A stretch of 62,988 nucleotides of DNA, filler included, from Octopus bimaculoides (Eukaryota): assembly GCF_001194135.2 (NCBI RefSeq). It is 5 parts of 5 records of this genome, joined end to end, with 100 filler letters (N's around TTAATTAATTAA, not from the genome) between each part and the next. Parts side by side here need not be neighbours in the genome. Positions count along the whole stretch, not along the records: positions 13,956 to 33,727 come from NC_069000.1; positions 33,828 to 51,830 come from NC_068985.1; 3 more parts are not named here. One strand, given 5' to 3'. Made by a program: the position numbers and the translations under genes. The notes beneath the pieces are model-generated. The model ran no database searches. It saw only the letters and a program-made list of their open reading frames with translations, and had not been told where the DNA came from. The first letter of the stretch is position 1; the number at the start of each line of letters is the position of its first letter. Below, in pieces: positions 24,031 through 37,895 of this stretch.

Positions 24031-24432
24031 GCGGATTTCATTATATTTTCTTTCTTTATCTTTATTTGCTTTATATATATAAGTATATTTCCGCTATATT
24101 CTCCGGAGATTTTTAATTGCTAAAACAATATTCCCTATGGCATATAAATTTCCTTCGAGGCAACTATATTACGTGAATATTCAGTTTTGTTCGTGTGTAG
24201 AACAAGGACAATAACATCAGCGACAGGAACTACCACTAACACTACTTCCACTTAAATAACAAGCAAATGTTTTATCGCACAAAAGCCCAGTCGAACTTGG
24301 AAATATATCTAAATGGTGATGTAAAAGAAAAGTCGAATACGTGGCTTGAGAAATTCTAACTGTGCGGTAATCGTTAAAATCAATCACGAGTCTATTTTTC
24401 GAATGATTAGGCAACATACATACATACATACA

Positions 24433-24463
<31 letters not shown>

Positions 24464-24584
24464 GTGTATACACATGCACACTGACGCACACATGTAAACA
24501 AACAAACAAAGAGAACACAGCTCTGATAAAGGACAGAATCAGCGACTATTTAAAAGGTTGCAAGACGCAACACAAATTATAGAA

Positions 24585-24743
24585 AAATAACTAGATAACT
24601 AGGTAAATGAATGGAAATCGAACCGATAAGTGTATTAAATAATAAGGTACTAAAAGCGAATGACTCTCCCCAGACACTATAAAATATGCTTCAACACACG
24701 AATTCGCATAAAGAATCTTGCAAACCAAATACAAAAACGATAC

Positions 24744-24782
<39 letters not shown>

Positions 24783-25425
24783 NNNNNNNNNNNNNNNNNN
24801 NNNNNNNNNNNNNNNNNNNNNNNNNNNNNNNNNNNNNNNNNNNNNNNNNNNNNNNNNNNNNNNNNNNNNNNNNNNNNNNNNNNNNNNNNNNNNNNNNNNN
24901 NNNNNNNNNNNNNNNNNNNNNNNNNNNNNNNNNNNNNNNNNNNNNNNNNNNNNNNNNNNNNNNNNNNNNNNNNNNNNNNNNNNNNNNNNNNNNNNNNNNN
25001 NNNNNNNNNNNNNNNNNNNNNNNNNNNNNNNNNNNNNNNNNNNNNNNNNNNNNNNNNNNNNNNNNNNNNNNNNNNNNNNNNNNNNNNNNNNNNNNNNNNN
25101 NNNNNNNNNNNNNNNNNNNNNNNNNNNNNNNNNNNNNNNNNNNNNNNNNNNNNNNNNNNNNNNNNNNNNNNNNNNNNNNNNNNNNNNNNNNNNNNNNNNN
25201 NNNGAATACGGAAAGTCTTTGACGTTTCGAGCTACGCTCTTCAACAGAAAGAATACGGAGACAAGGAGAAAAACACGGAGAAAAAAGATTGAATAGTGTT
25301 CAGTCAACGGTCAATCATAATAATGGCCGATCATAACAATGGCTGACCGGAAGTTAGAAATTCTTATTTCAGGAGAGCTAAGAAAGGGGGAGATAACAAA
25401 CGGTGATCGGGAACGAGGGGCTGTA
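24585..25425 (-). mobile_element. Penelope-terminal-like element with hammerhead, interrupted by (TA)n and a gap
   Basis: CTTCCGGTCA block at ~25345 and hammerhead at 25216-25252, in the same order as in 8120-8365. Continuity across the gap is assumed. Confidence 0.5.
25216..25252 (-). ncRNA. Minimal type I hammerhead motif, A6U variant
   Basis: TCTTT CTGTTGA A GAGC-GTA-GCTC GAA ACGT C AAAGA. Confidence 0.6.
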
Positions 25426-25479
25426 TATATATATATATATGTGTGTGTGTATGTGTGTGTGTGTGTGTATGTGTGCATG

Positions 25480-25670
25480 TTTGTGTGTCTGTATTTCTCC
25501 CCCCAACATCGCTTGACAACCGATGCCCCCTTAACTTGGCGGTTCGGCAAAAGTTACCGATAGAATAAGTACTAGGCATCAAAAGAATAAGTCCTGGGGT
25601 CGATTTGCTCGACTAAAGGTGCTTCTCCAGCATGGCTACAGTCAAATGACTGAAACAAGTAAAAGAGTAA
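25480..25670 (+). mobile_element. SINE group B, 3' part
   Basis: CGGTTCGGCAAAAG...GGGGTCGATTTGCTCGACTAAAGG...TGACTGAAACAAGTAAAAGAG. Confidence 0.85.
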
Positions 25671-26275
25671 GGGTGCCAAACTAAACATTGAACAAAAGAA
25701 ATTTAATCTAAATTGCTACTGAAATTTTGAAAATATTGTCGAAGTGCAAAGACAGCTTAAGAGAGAATTTCAAAGAGATTCGCTAACGCGACTTACTAGC
25801 TCTAGAATTAAAGATAAGTTGAACCAGATGAAACTGTGCAGAATGTTCACAAGAAATATTTCAGAAGACCGCAGACATCAAAGAGTTCCACTCCACAAGA
25901 AAGTGAACTAGAAATGTGTTGCCAGGGTGCAAGAAAGTCGGTGCAGCAAGCAAGTCACGAGATAGGAATTTTAAAAATCAAGCGACCGTCGCATTTCGAA
26001 GCGCCGTGTTGGAAAAGTTACATTCCAAGAATAGTCCATGCCCTCAATGAAGGTAATTCCAACCGAAGAGTGGGGTTTTTTGAGTGGTACTTGGCAAGAT
26101 GTGAAGATGCATACTTTAGAACAAAGATTGTTTGGTGTGATGTGGCTACATCTAGGTTAAATGACTCAGTTAACCGCCATAATTGCGCCTATTGGGTGCA
26201 TAAGAGGTTGGAAAATCCGTACATTACGAAGGAACATCATGTTAAATCTCCTTCAAATCATATCCTTCACTGATG
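25671..26275 (+). mobile_element. Tc1/mariner-like transposase relic (N-terminal HTH to first catalytic D region)
   Basis: NFENIVEVQRQL, RKSVQQASHEIGI, KIVWCDVATSRLNDSVNRHNCAYW...ENP. Confidence 0.85.
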
Positions 26276-26874
26276 AAAAAGTATACATAGAGGAGTGTTG
26301 AAAACACCTGGGAATTTTTTTACTGAAACCCCCCCCCAAAAAAAAAGGCTGGTCACGTTCATAGTTTTAAGACCTTTGATCATGTCTTTTATGGTCAGGA
26401 CTGGATTGGGTTAAGCAAGTTCCATCACCAGCAATCACCTCCACCGTCGCTAACCTACAGTAGCACCGTTAAACCCCCACAACCAACACTAACCTCCCCT
26501 GCCAGCACTAACTACCATTACCACCACTTTCTCTCTCTCTCTCTNNNNNNNNNNNNNNNNNNNNNNNNNNNNNNNNNNNNNNNNNNNNNNNNNNNNNNNN
26601 NNNNNNNNNNNNNNNNNNNNNNNNNNNNNNNNNNNNNNNNNNNNNNNNNNNNNNNNCACCACTTCCACCACCACCAATTTTGACGGCTGAAAACAAATAT
26701 AAGTTGGCAGCTGTAGACTGACAAAGTTATATATTTGTCTCTTAAATTCCCGCCTCCACCCATCCTATACATAACTACTTCTGAACAAAACAGCACACAA
26801 TAACAAAACACATCTCTTTACAAACAACCCTACCATTAACTCACAAACTCTTTTGCTAATCACCATTACCACCA

Positions 26875-26979
<105 letters not shown>

Positions 26980-27874
26980 TTTTTGTTTCTCTCTCAATCT
27001 CTAGCTGTCTATGTACCTCCCTTCCTATAAATACTATTACTATACCCCACCTTCTGTCCTATCCTGTCTCGACTGGCGCTCACCCAACGCTAGCGCCATA
27101 GCTGTCGTTGTCACCGTCTCCCAGTGAAATCAGTTTTAAGAGGAGTATACTAAGTCAGTATTGAATAATATGGCACTTTGCTCTATCATCGACCTACTTC
27201 TTTACGTCACGTCTGTAGAATCTATCTAGACTGAGCAGTTAGTTGATGGAGAGAGCGAAAGACTAAAGCGGGAGTGACTGAAAGAGATGGGGGAGAAGAG
27301 GAAAGAGAGAGAAAGGGAGAGAGAAAGAGAGGGGGGGTGCAGTAAGACTATCCAAAGTTTGAAAATGACAGGTTTTAGGATTTAAATACACACACATAGA
27401 AAAAAAAACATTGAGATAGATATACATAGACATATCTACAGACATATGTATATTTATGTGTATTTGCTACTCTGTGTGTGTGTGTACACACACATACACA
27501 CGCATACATAACGAGAGGAAATATGTCTTGGAAAGATATTAAATGAGGATATTACAAATAGATTAGGATAAAGACACACACACATTCACACACATTTATG
27601 TATTTAGACACTTGTCTGCCTTTTTTTTTTTTTTGCTGCGAATACAATGATTTTTACTTTTCGGAGCTGATTGGTCGGATATTACCTTCGCCCAGACAGT
27701 CTAAACTGCTACGATCAGACCCTCTCTCCGAGAATGTCGCCTCTGGAATTTCCTACTCGCATATGTTTTTCCTACAACCATCGATTTGCAAATGTTTTGC
27801 CACAAATTTGCAGAATGGTCACAACATCAATCTCATAGCCATTTCTTCCCCCACGAAACCGGTAAAAATGTATA

Positions 27875-28275
27875 TTCTTTTACTTGTTTCAATCATTTGA
27901 CTGTGGCCATGCTGGAGCACCACCTTTAGTCGAGCAAATCGACCCCAGGACTTATTCTTTGTAAGCCTAGTACTTATTCTATCGGTGTCTTTTGCCGAAC
28001 CGCTAGTTTACGGGGACGTAAACATACCAGCATCGGTTGTCAAGCGATGTTGGGGGGACAAACACAGACACGCAAACATATACACACATATACATACATA
28101 TATACATATATACGACGGGCTTCTTTCAGCTTCCGTCTACCAAATCCACTCACAAGGCTTTGGTCGGCCCAAGGCTATAGTAGAAGACACTTGCCCAAGG
28201 TGCCACGCAGTGGGAATGAACCCGGAACTATGTGGTTGGTAAGCAAGCTACTTACCACACAGCCACTCCTACGCC
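27875..28275 (-). mobile_element. SINE group B, full length
   Basis: Head GGCGTAGGAGTGGCTGTGTGGTAAG, B-box GGGTTCATTCCC, internal TA/TG microsatellite, tail GAAACAAGTAAAAGAA. Confidence 0.92.
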
Positions 28276-28380
28276 TATATATTAACTATATATATATATA
28301 ACCTACATTTAAGCAATAGTTCAAAATTTTTGTAAGGAGTAAAATGAATGTACACCAGTTATACTCATTATTTTACCAAT

Positions 28381-28525
28381 ATGAGTTCAAATTCCGCCAA
28401 GGTTGACTTTGCCTTTCATCCTTTCGAGGTCAATGAATTAAGTACCAGTTGCGTACTGTGGTCGATCTAATCGACTGGCCCCCTCCCGCAAAATTTCCGG
28501 CCTTGTGTCTAGAGTAGAAAAGAAT
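28381..28525 (+). mobile_element. SINE group D, 5'-truncated
   Basis: Same central domain, with tail GGCCTTGTGTCTAGAGTAGAAAAG. Confidence 0.85.
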
Positions 28526-29092
28526 ATATGAAGCAGAAACACATTCACAAATGTTGTCTTGTCTCCAGAAAAAAAAAGTCTTTTTCTCGATGGCATATTA
28601 ATTCAGGGGAATTAACAATGCCATCGTCTCCCTTACTTACTAGGAGTCATTTCCAATTTCTGCTGAGCGTTTAGATTTTTTTGTATAGTATATTTAGTAT
28701 TACTATGTTCGTCTTTGTCGTTCATATTCAAGCGATTGGCAACTTGGGGTTATTTTTTAGCTCATATTTGCTACACACACACACACACACACACGTCATA
28801 TTCAACTATCGATCTTAGGAGGATGGAAGTCAAAACCCTAGATAGTGGGACTTATTTGGGACTCAATTTTGCCAGATATAATTATTTATAATTGAGGCAC
28901 TAAGCCAGCAATTTTCATGGGAAGGAATTAGTCTATTAAATCGATTGATTGGTAGCCTACGTTGTGACCCCGGAGGGATGTAAAATAAAGTCAACTTTCC
29001 TGGGATTTGGAATAATAGCACAAGTATTTTTTCTGACGTTTCAAAAAAAGTCTGCCTAACCTATTGTCTTGAATTTTCGAATAGTGATGATG

Positions 29093-29203
<111 letters not shown>

Positions 29204-31539
29204 TTTGCTGTTGTTGTTGCTATTATTAATATTGTTTGTAAACTATGCAGAAGCTCACAAATTTTGTTAGGAAGAATTTAGTTGATTTCGTGAATCATAA
29301 TACTTGGGCCGAACGTATATTGTAAATCCAGTTTTAAGAACTTAGAACATAAAGTGATGCAAATAAATATCCAGAGTATTTTGTCTGGCACTCTATCCAG
29401 ATTCTCAGTTTAACGACTGAAAGTATAGCTGGTATGGTTTTACCTCTTCATGAGTCGAATAGGAATCTCGCCAACATGTCCTGAGTAATGTATGGACAAC
29501 GTATTCCTTTTAACATGGTGTCTGTCACTTCATTGTCCGACAATATAACAGTGAAACCGTCCACCTGTGCAGTAATAGTTGTTCTGTGATCCAGTATATG
29601 TGGGTTGCTCATCAGATCATCTCACTGTCGTTGAACTTATCGCTTACATTAATAACTTACTTGTCACTGTAAGCTGACAAACGAAATAATGATAATAGCA
29701 ATTTAGTTTGGCAATAAATGATATTATTTTGTACTGAACACTATACATACAAATACTTTTCTTCAAATATGTATAAATCGAACAATAGCTGCACTGAAGA
29801 GACTTCAACAGACTTGAAGAGACGAAGAATATTGGAAGATATATAAAATATCTCTCTAGGTACATTGAAAGTAGATAAATCTTGTTATTTTGCTTTCTAA
29901 CAAGCAGAATAAAGAAATTTATTAAAAAAAAAAGAAAATTATTCATTTCTATTTTAAGAATTTAACGAATTCGGAAGTCTCGCATTGACAACAGAACGAA
30001 ATCAGCCTTGATCTGGATTAGTTTTCAATGCACGAAATTCTCGTGGCCATTTTACTACAACCAGGAACGTCTCACTCCAAAGGCAAACATACAACCTAAA
30101 ATGCCAAAACGAAAATTTCCACTGCAGAGGAAATGAATTTATTACTTGAATTTTTTCATTAACTACCTTGCTTTTTGTGCAAGAAGAATAATTGTTCCTA
30201 ATTAGATTCACTTTTACGCCTCATCAAACTATTAATATAAATGACATTCAATTAGAACCGGACATTATTACTATATATACAATTTTCTCTTAAGTATAAC
30301 TTTAAAAAATAATTGTATTGAATTGACTGAAAAAATCAAAGCCTGTATATAAATACATAAAATACCACTTTTATTATAAAGAATTTAATTGCAAAAGATT
30401 TCAGCTTCGATCTAAATCAGGATTTTATGCACGAAATACACTTAATTTAAATCAGAAACAAGGAGTTTTCTGGCTGAAAATGAAACAAACATTCATCTTC
30501 AGCACAAAGTAAAAGGGATTGAACTGTGAAAAGACAAGGCGGCAATTTTCAACGTTAAAAATACGAATATAATATAGAATATAAAATTTCTTAGAATATA
30601 TATATATATATATATANNNNNNNNNNNNNNNNNNNNNNNNNNNNNNNNNNNNNNNNNNNNNNNNNNNNNNNNNNNNNNNNNNNNNNNNNNNNNNNNNNNN
30701 NNNNNNNNNNNNNNNNNNNNNNNNNNNNNNNNNNNNNNNNNNNNNNNNNNNNNNNNNNNNNNNNNNNNNNNNNNNNNNNNNNNNNNNNNNNNNNNNNNNN
30801 NNNNNNNNNNNNNNNNNNNNNNNNNNNNNNNNNNNNNNNNNNNNNNNNNNNNNNNNNNNNNNNNNNNNNNNNNNNNNNNNNNNNNNNNNNNNNNNNNNNN
30901 NNNNNNNNNNNNNNNNNNNNNNNNNNNNNNNNNNNNNNNNNNNNNNNNNNNNNNNNNNNNNNNNNNNNNNNNNNNNNNNNNNNNNNNNNNNNNNNNNNNN
31001 NNNNNNNNNNNNNNNNNNNNNNNNNNNNNNNNNNNNNNNNNNNNNNNNNNNNNNNNNNNNNNNNNNNNNNNNNNNNNNNNNNNNNNNNNNNNNNNNNNNN
31101 NNNNNNNNNNNNNNNNNNNNNNNNNNNNNNNNNNNNNNNNNNNNNNNNNNNNNNNNNNNNNNNNNNNNATATATGTATACATATATATATATATATGTAT
31201 ATATACGTATACATATATATACATACATATATATATACATACATTATTATACATATACACGATTATATACGTGCTGGAATGCACGACACGTTACCCGATA
31301 CTTTGGGGTCAGTAATCAGATCTACACTCCAATATTCTATGCAATGTGAAACTAATCATGATATATATATGAATACGTATATACATACGTACACATATAT
31401 GCATAGATATACATATACTCATTTGTCTATATTTATGTATATATAGGTGTGTGTATGTATGTGGTTACGTATATGCATAAATACATGTGTTTGTAATTAT
31501 ATGTATATATGTATATAAAGATATGCACACACACACATA

Positions 31540-31660
31540 TATAGTTGAAATTTATAGAAAAACAAAAGACAAAGACAGGTGTAGGAACAACAAGCAAGTC
31601 TATTAGGACGTTGCTCTGGGAAAATGGAAAAATCTTTAACGTTTTGTACCTATAAGTACA
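31540..31660 (-). mobile_element. Remnant of the hammerhead-bearing element (3' half only)
   Basis: Similar to 51020-51110. Only AAAACGTTAAAGA of the ribozyme region remains. Confidence 0.5.
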
Positions 31661-31699
31661 TACATACATACACACATTCTTACATAGATATATACGAAG

Positions 31700-33727
31700 A
31701 AAATAGGATAAGACAGAAAATGCTAAATTAATTTTATCATGACGAACCGGTTTCAGTCTTTGCAACTTTTTCAACTAAGTGTAAAGCATGAAAAACGATT
31801 AAACTGAGGTAAAATTAAATGAAATGTTTTCTTTATGATATTTTCGTAGTTTTCAAATCGGTGAACATTTTCCTTTTTTCAGTCTTTCTCTTTTTTGCTT
31901 TTGTGAAGGTTCGGTAGGTAAGTAGTAGTAGATCTGAATAAATATTTAATATGAGGTATGTTGGTTCGAGATTTTGATTGTTTAAGCAGCAGTAGCCGAG
32001 GAAGGAGACGGCAAAGAAGAAGAAGAAGAAGAAGAAGAAGAAGAAGAAGAAGAAGAAGGCGGGGTTGGAATGACAGTAGTAGACTGGTGGTAGAGTCTTC
32101 TTAAAAGGTCAAGTGACCTAAAAGTGACCTGTTGTGGATATAGAAGTAGTGATTGTAATTGTTCTGAATAAATACATGGAAGTAACTGTTCTGAAAATAT
32201 CATTTTTAAAATTTGCATGGGTATAATCTAAGACACTTGTAGTAGTGTCATCTGTGGGGTAAGCCTTCAAAAGAGGTTTATATTTTGCAATAAAATATGA
32301 CTCTTTGCTGATGCGCTGATTACAGGTTGCATCGTCCTTGAATTCAGAGAGGGGAAAAATTCTGAAGTTGGGTTGTTCGTTAGTGGTGCAAATGTCGATG
32401 TGTTCGCTAAATGCTATTTTTGTGTATTCCCGAATTTTAATCTGGGATCTATGTAGGGTCAACATCTGGTGTACACTGTTTTGGTTTGGCCTATGTATTA
32501 CTCTCGGCACCTTGAGCAAGTTAACACATATATTAGGTTTTCCGAAGCACACGTGAAGTTCTTTTTCACTGTAAAACGTTGACCTTGTTTGAAGGAGAAC
32601 TCCGATCCCTCAGTTAGGTTGACACATGTACCATAGTTAGGTCTTCCGCATTATTTTTACTGATGGTTTCAATGTTGTTGCCGAGTGTACTTGGGCTTGT
32701 GTTAGGAGACTTTTTATTGACTTGGGTTGTCTTTTACTCTTTATGATGGTGTGCGTGTGGAGGTTTAAATTCATTCTGTGGTCCCTTTTTAGTAGAGGAA
32801 TGTTATAGAGGATGGGGTCGAAAACGTTATTGTTAAAGGGGTTGTGTGTGAAGATGTATAGTAGGGCTTTTGATTGTAAATACTTCTTTAGTTTGGGGTG
32901 TCTGAATTCGTGGATGTTGAGTTGTAGGGCACGTTGAAAGCCTATATCAATTAGTGATGGTGGGTAGTTCCTGCTGTTGGTGCTTGTATTACAAATTATA
33001 GTACAAATACTTTTTGCCAAGTTGAAGAGGATATTCATTATAATGTGTCTGGGGTGGCATGAGTTGAACGGTAGATATTGCTTGGAGTCCGTGGGCTTAT
33101 AGTATATGTATTTTCTATTTTGTTGTTGGATTTTTTTAATGAGGATGTCGAGGAATGGAAGTTGATGGCTATATTCCATCGTAAATTGAATATTTATGTC
33201 AGGTCTATTTAGAAGCGCTTGAAATTATTCAAGTCACTCTATACTTTCACTTGACCATTTAAGTAGACTCTACCACCAGTCTACTACTGTCACATCACTC
33301 CTGTCTTTTTCTTCTTTCTCATCTTCTCGTACTCTTTGTTGTTGTTGCTCTTCTGCTTTCTCTTCTCCCACTCCTTGTTGTTGTTGTTCTTCTTTCTCTT
33401 CTACCCCTTGTTGTTGTGATATATATTATAATAATATTAGGGACAACATCCAAAATTACAGGTAAAAACTCAATTANNNNNNNNNNAGGAATGTTATAGA
33501 GGATGGGGTCGAAAACGTTATTGTTAAAGGGGTTGTGTGTGAAGATGTATAGTAGGGCTTTTGATTGTAAATACTTCTTTAGTTTGGGGTGTCTGAATTC
33601 GTGGATGTTGAGTTGTAGGGCACGTTGAAAGCCTATATCAATTAGTGATGGTGGGTAGTTCCTGCTGTTGGTGCTTGTATTACAAATTATAGTACAAATA
33701 CTTTTTGCCAAGTTGAAGAGGATATTC
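31700..33727 (-). mobile_element. Penelope-like retroelement, RT C-terminus plus GIY-YIG (pseudogenised)
   Basis: LPFLDIL, YYKPTDSKQYLPFNSCHPRH, NLIYVLTCSRCRE*YIGQT. 33487-33727 duplicates 32796-33036. Confidence 0.9.
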
Positions 33728-33827
33728 NNNNNNNNNNNNNNNNNNNNNNNNNNNNNNNNNNNNNNNNNNNNTTAATTAATTAANNNNNNNNNNNNNNNNN
33801 NNNNNNNNNNNNNNNNNNNNNNNNNNN
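33728..33827. other. Synthetic scaffold linker
   Basis: 44 N + TTAATTAATTAA + 44 N. Confidence 0.97.
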
Positions 33828-34819
33828 CCTCATCGTCATCATCATCACCATCATCGTTATAATTATTGTGACCATACACATTGTCGCAGCCGTTCGTCAT
33901 CGTCATAGTCACCACCAACAACTCCGCCTCCGTTTCTACCACCACCACAACCACCGCCACCGCCACCACTGCCGCCGCCGCCGTCGTCGTCGCCATCACT
34001 GTCACTGTGATCTCGTCAACATTGTCGTCGTCATCATCATGGTCATTACTGTCATCGTAAACGTTGTCGCAGTCCTTCTTATCATAACCACCACCACCAC
34101 CACCACCACCATCACCACCACCACCACCACCGCAATCGCCGCCGCTGCATAACACCACCACCGCCCACCAATCACCATCACCACCACCTCTACCACCACC
34201 ACCATAATCACAACCATTACTCGTTTAGATCATCATTATCATCACTCATTTTCATCATCACCATCGTTATCACCGTTAATCATCGTCGACGTCGTAGCCT
34301 AGTCGTTGTCGTTTCATCGTCGTCGTAGTCGTCGCTGTCATCATCTTCGTCATCATTGCTGTTCACCGTAAATTGTATTCCTTGCTATCTTCATAGTCAC
34401 CACCACCACCACCACCACCATCACAACCAGCAGCACCACCACCACCACCACCATTGCAGTGTCTGTACCAAACAACAATTAAGCCAACCGAAACGGCTGC
34501 AAGGAAAACTTTTTCAAACTCTAAGATAACCTTTTACGAGATCGCTTAATTCGCTAAAAATAACAACTAAATATATTTCTGATCATACTCTGCCGTCTTA
34601 GAATAGTGTTCATTGCATACTGTGAAGTTAAGTCCCTTGGACACACGAAACAATAATAAAAAAAAAGGTCAGGATGGCCGCGGTTAGAGTATCTTAAAAC
34701 ATAGACCAAGACTGGCGTTTGTAACGGGATGAGGTTAAACACAGCCACTACCACCACTGACATCAACTACAACCGCAACAGCAAAAAGAAAAAGAAATAG
34801 CTACATCAAACTTCAGAGA

Positions 34820-34869
<50 letters not shown>

Positions 34870-35084
34870 ATTAAATATTAGCAGCGATAAAAACTTATAA
34901 ATATACGAATGTAAGTATTATCAAGAAAGAAAGAAAAAACAGTAACAAAAGATTGATCGGTCACTCGATCAATCAGTCACTCAGTCAATCAATAATCGAT
35001 CGATCAATAATAGGAAACTTCAATGACCTACACTACAGTAACTCAACGAAAATATTGCAATATTAACAAAAATAAATTGATTCT

Positions 35085-35405
35085 GATTTCGGAACAAGGC
35101 CGGCAGTTTTGGTGGGAGAGGTTAGGGGATTCAATGGACCCCAAAATTTAACTGGTGCCATATTTTGATCGACAACGCTGGGATGAAAAGCAAAATTACC
35201 GTATTTTAATGTGTATAAGGAACCCACTTTTATCAAAAATTAGGTTTAAAAATATGGGAGCTTCTTAATTCCTGGATAGTATTATAATCTCTTACAAAAC
35301 CATTTTTTTCCAAATTTCAAACCCCAAAATTAGGGAGTTACTTATAAACGAGGGTTCCTTATACACGTTAAAATACGGTAATCTCTGTGGGAGTCGACCT
35401 CAGAA
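35085..35405 (-). mobile_element. Old SINE group D copy interrupted by a MITE
   Basis: ACAAGGCC...AACTGGT...ATCGAC...GGATGAAAAGCAAAAT lies left of the MITE and continues to its right. Confidence 0.55.
35199..35378. mobile_element. Tc1/mariner-type (Tc2-like) MITE, 180 bp
   Basis: 27-bp TIR CCGTATTTTAA(T/C)GTGTATAAGGAACCC with one mismatch. TA duplicated at 35197-35198 and 35379-35380. Confidence 0.9.
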
Positions 35406-35860
35406 CAGCAACAGCAGCAAAACATGGCCAACAAACGAAGTAGTCTCTGAAAGGTAATTGGGCCCGCTAGAAATAGCAGCCTAATCTTATTCAAGTCCTA
35501 GGTACCCTACGTCTTTTGTAAGGTTCTTTTTAGTCAGGTCTGAGAGAAAAGGTTCCTCCTACGGCTTCTGGAGGCTTTCTGAGACCCCCCGAGACTTGTG
35601 CCTTTAAGGTTTTGCTTAAATTATTTCAAATCGATGACTAGAGTAAGAAGTTTCAATGAGAGTCATATTTTGCGGGAAGAATTCTGCACAGTGGGTAGTC
35701 TGCTTTCTGGAATAAGTAGGATGACAACGGTAATAACGGAAGTGAGACAAGTTGAAGAGGCGAGAGTACGTGGGTAAAGATGTTACGAAGTTATAAGACC
35801 AACAAGTAGTGAGGAGCAGACGATATCGTAGTAGCGGTACAAATGGCAGAGAGAGAGAGA

Positions 35861-35891
<31 letters not shown>

Positions 35892-36260
35892 GACACTGCA
35901 GATTGTGGGATAAATGTTTGAAGTGTGCATTTGAATGCTTTTATGTCAAGGGGGCCTTTATAAGAGGAGAGAAATGCGGGGTAACATATGGATCTCATAT
36001 AGAGTGACAGGATCTAACGGTACCTGTTTATGGGTCCGGCATATACAAGACTGGTTGTTCATGTTTTTTCTGGCTCAGAAGAAGAAAGCCGGTCTTTCAG
36101 ATGTAATTTTTATTGGAAGACAGATGGTTACGGTTGGGCAGCATTTTAGTATACGCCGGTTCTGTTAAAGCACGACGTGGTTGATATATTTGATTTATTA
36201 GAAACTGCAGCTAATCACCTCTTAAACTATACCCTACCATATTATAAAATGAAGAACATA

Positions 36261-37160
36261 CGAGGGGGTAGCCAAAAGTAACCGGAAACGTCCTCTGTGG
36301 AACAAGCCCGTTGTAGTTCAAGCTTCCTCCGCTAGAAGTCGCTTGACGCGACCTTCAAACAACAGTCTGCTGACCAGCGTTATTCTGTGAGTTTATACTG
36401 CTAAGTGATGCGCCTTTGTTTTGCAATGTTTCTCCCCTGTTCGTCGATTTTTGCGATGGCTGAAACAAAGGAACGAAGTACTTCCGTGAAATTCTGTTTT
36501 CTACTGGGGGAAATGACGGCTGAAACAACTGCCATCAAACAGCTTACAAGAACGCTGCAATAAGCAAAACAAAAGTTTTCGAGTGATTTTCACGCTTTAG
36601 GAATGGTCACTTCGCGCTTGAGAACCAACTTCGTTCAGGGTGACCATTGACCTCCCGAACGAATGAAAACATGAGAATTCATGAGCGGATCTTGGAGGAT
36701 GGTCACCGAACAATTGACGAAATTGTTGATATGACTGGTGTGTCCTGGAGCTCCTGCCAACAAATTTTGAGCAAGGAATTGCGAATGAAAAGAGTTGCAG
36801 CAAAATTTGTGCCTCGCTTGCTCACGGAAGATCAAAAGCTGTCACGAATGAAAGCGTGTCGGGAACTGCAAGAACAATTGGAAGTTGATCCAGACCCTTT
36901 TTTGAAGGTCATCACTGGTGATGAAAGCTAGTGCTACGGAATTTGCAGATGTGAAAGAGTAGAAAAAAAAAAACGAAGGTGGCGTTAAAAGGCATCACTT
37001 TGCAAGAGTTCCAGGACTGCTTCGAACAGTGGAAAAGGTGCCTGGACCGATGCATTGCTTCAAATGGAGAATACTTTGAAAGTGATAAAAGTGTAAACAT
37101 GTAAAACTAAGTGAATAAAATGATATTGCAAAATTCCGGTTTCTTTTGGGTAGCCCCTCG
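36261..37160 (+). mobile_element. Mariner transposon, internally deleted, both TIRs present
   Basis: TIRs CGAGGGGGTAGCCAAAAGTAACCGGAA / TTCCGGTTTCTTTTGGGTAGCCCCTCG with TA TSD. KFVPRLLT, VITGDES*CY, then directly the C-terminal FQDCFEQWKRCLDRCIASNGEYFE. Confidence 0.93.
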
Positions 37161-37189
37161 TATTGACTAGTGTAGTCCTGGGTATCTTC

Positions 37190-37370
37190 CAACTTTTATC
37201 TTTTAGTTGCTTCAGTCATAAGACCGCGGCCATGCTGGGGCACCGCCTTGAAGAAATTTTATTCTTATTAATCAACCACAGTAATTCTTTTCTTTCTTCT
37301 ATTGGTCTGTTTTGCCGAATCAATAAATTCCGGGGATGTAAACATTCCAACACCGGTTCTCTGATATGGC
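37190..37370 (-). mobile_element. SINE group B, 3' part (diverged)
   Basis: GCGGCCATGCTGGGGCACCGCCTTGAAG...TTTTGCCGAA. Confidence 0.7.
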
Positions 37371-37671
37371 CCATGTCTTCCGAGAGGTAAAAGTAAGTTT
37401 GCATAGGGCCCTAGAAAAGAAAAACGCCAAGTTACAGAAGCATCGATGACTATTCAAAAACCAGCAAGACCTGAAAAAAGGCAAAAGCCCAGAGCCGAGA
37501 ACAGTGGCCTATATTCCATAGGGAGCGAAGAGCTTAATGTAAATTGTAATATCCGGAGTGGGTAGTAGGGAATTATACATCAGCTGCCAAATTCATGCAG
37601 TCCAAACAAGGTTTGTAATTCTTTGTTGCTCTTCTGCAAGACAGATAGCTATCTCTTCTGCAAGACAGGTA

Positions 37672-37895
37672 GTCGGTGAGTTGGCAGAATCGTTAGCACG
37701 CCAGGCGAAATGCTTAGCGGTATTTCGTCTGTCTTTACGTTCTAAGTTCAAATTCCGCCGTGGTCGACTTTGCCTTTCATCCTTTCGGGGTCGATAAATT
37801 AAGTACCAATTGCGTACTGGGATCGATGTAATCGACTTAATCCCTTTGTCTGTCTTTGTTTGTCCCCTCTATGTTTAGCCCCTTGTGGGCAATAA
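37672..37895 (+). mobile_element. SINE group D, full length
   Basis: Head, central domain and tail GTTTAGCCCCTTGTGGGCAATAAA. Confidence 0.9.

Noticed and set aside
29661-29666. 6-nt minus-strand microexon candidate (CTTACAG|TGACAA|GTAAGT)
   Set aside because: Splice signals are good, but no host gene can be built around it. Isolated splice-like sites (also ~30080-30125 and ~38251-38291 on -) are expected by chance.
31735-31790. Possible hammerhead at the 3' end of the minus-strand Penelope (GAAACCGGTT)
   Set aside because: Position is plausible, but the core reads TTGAAAAA and stem I is absent. Too eroded to call.
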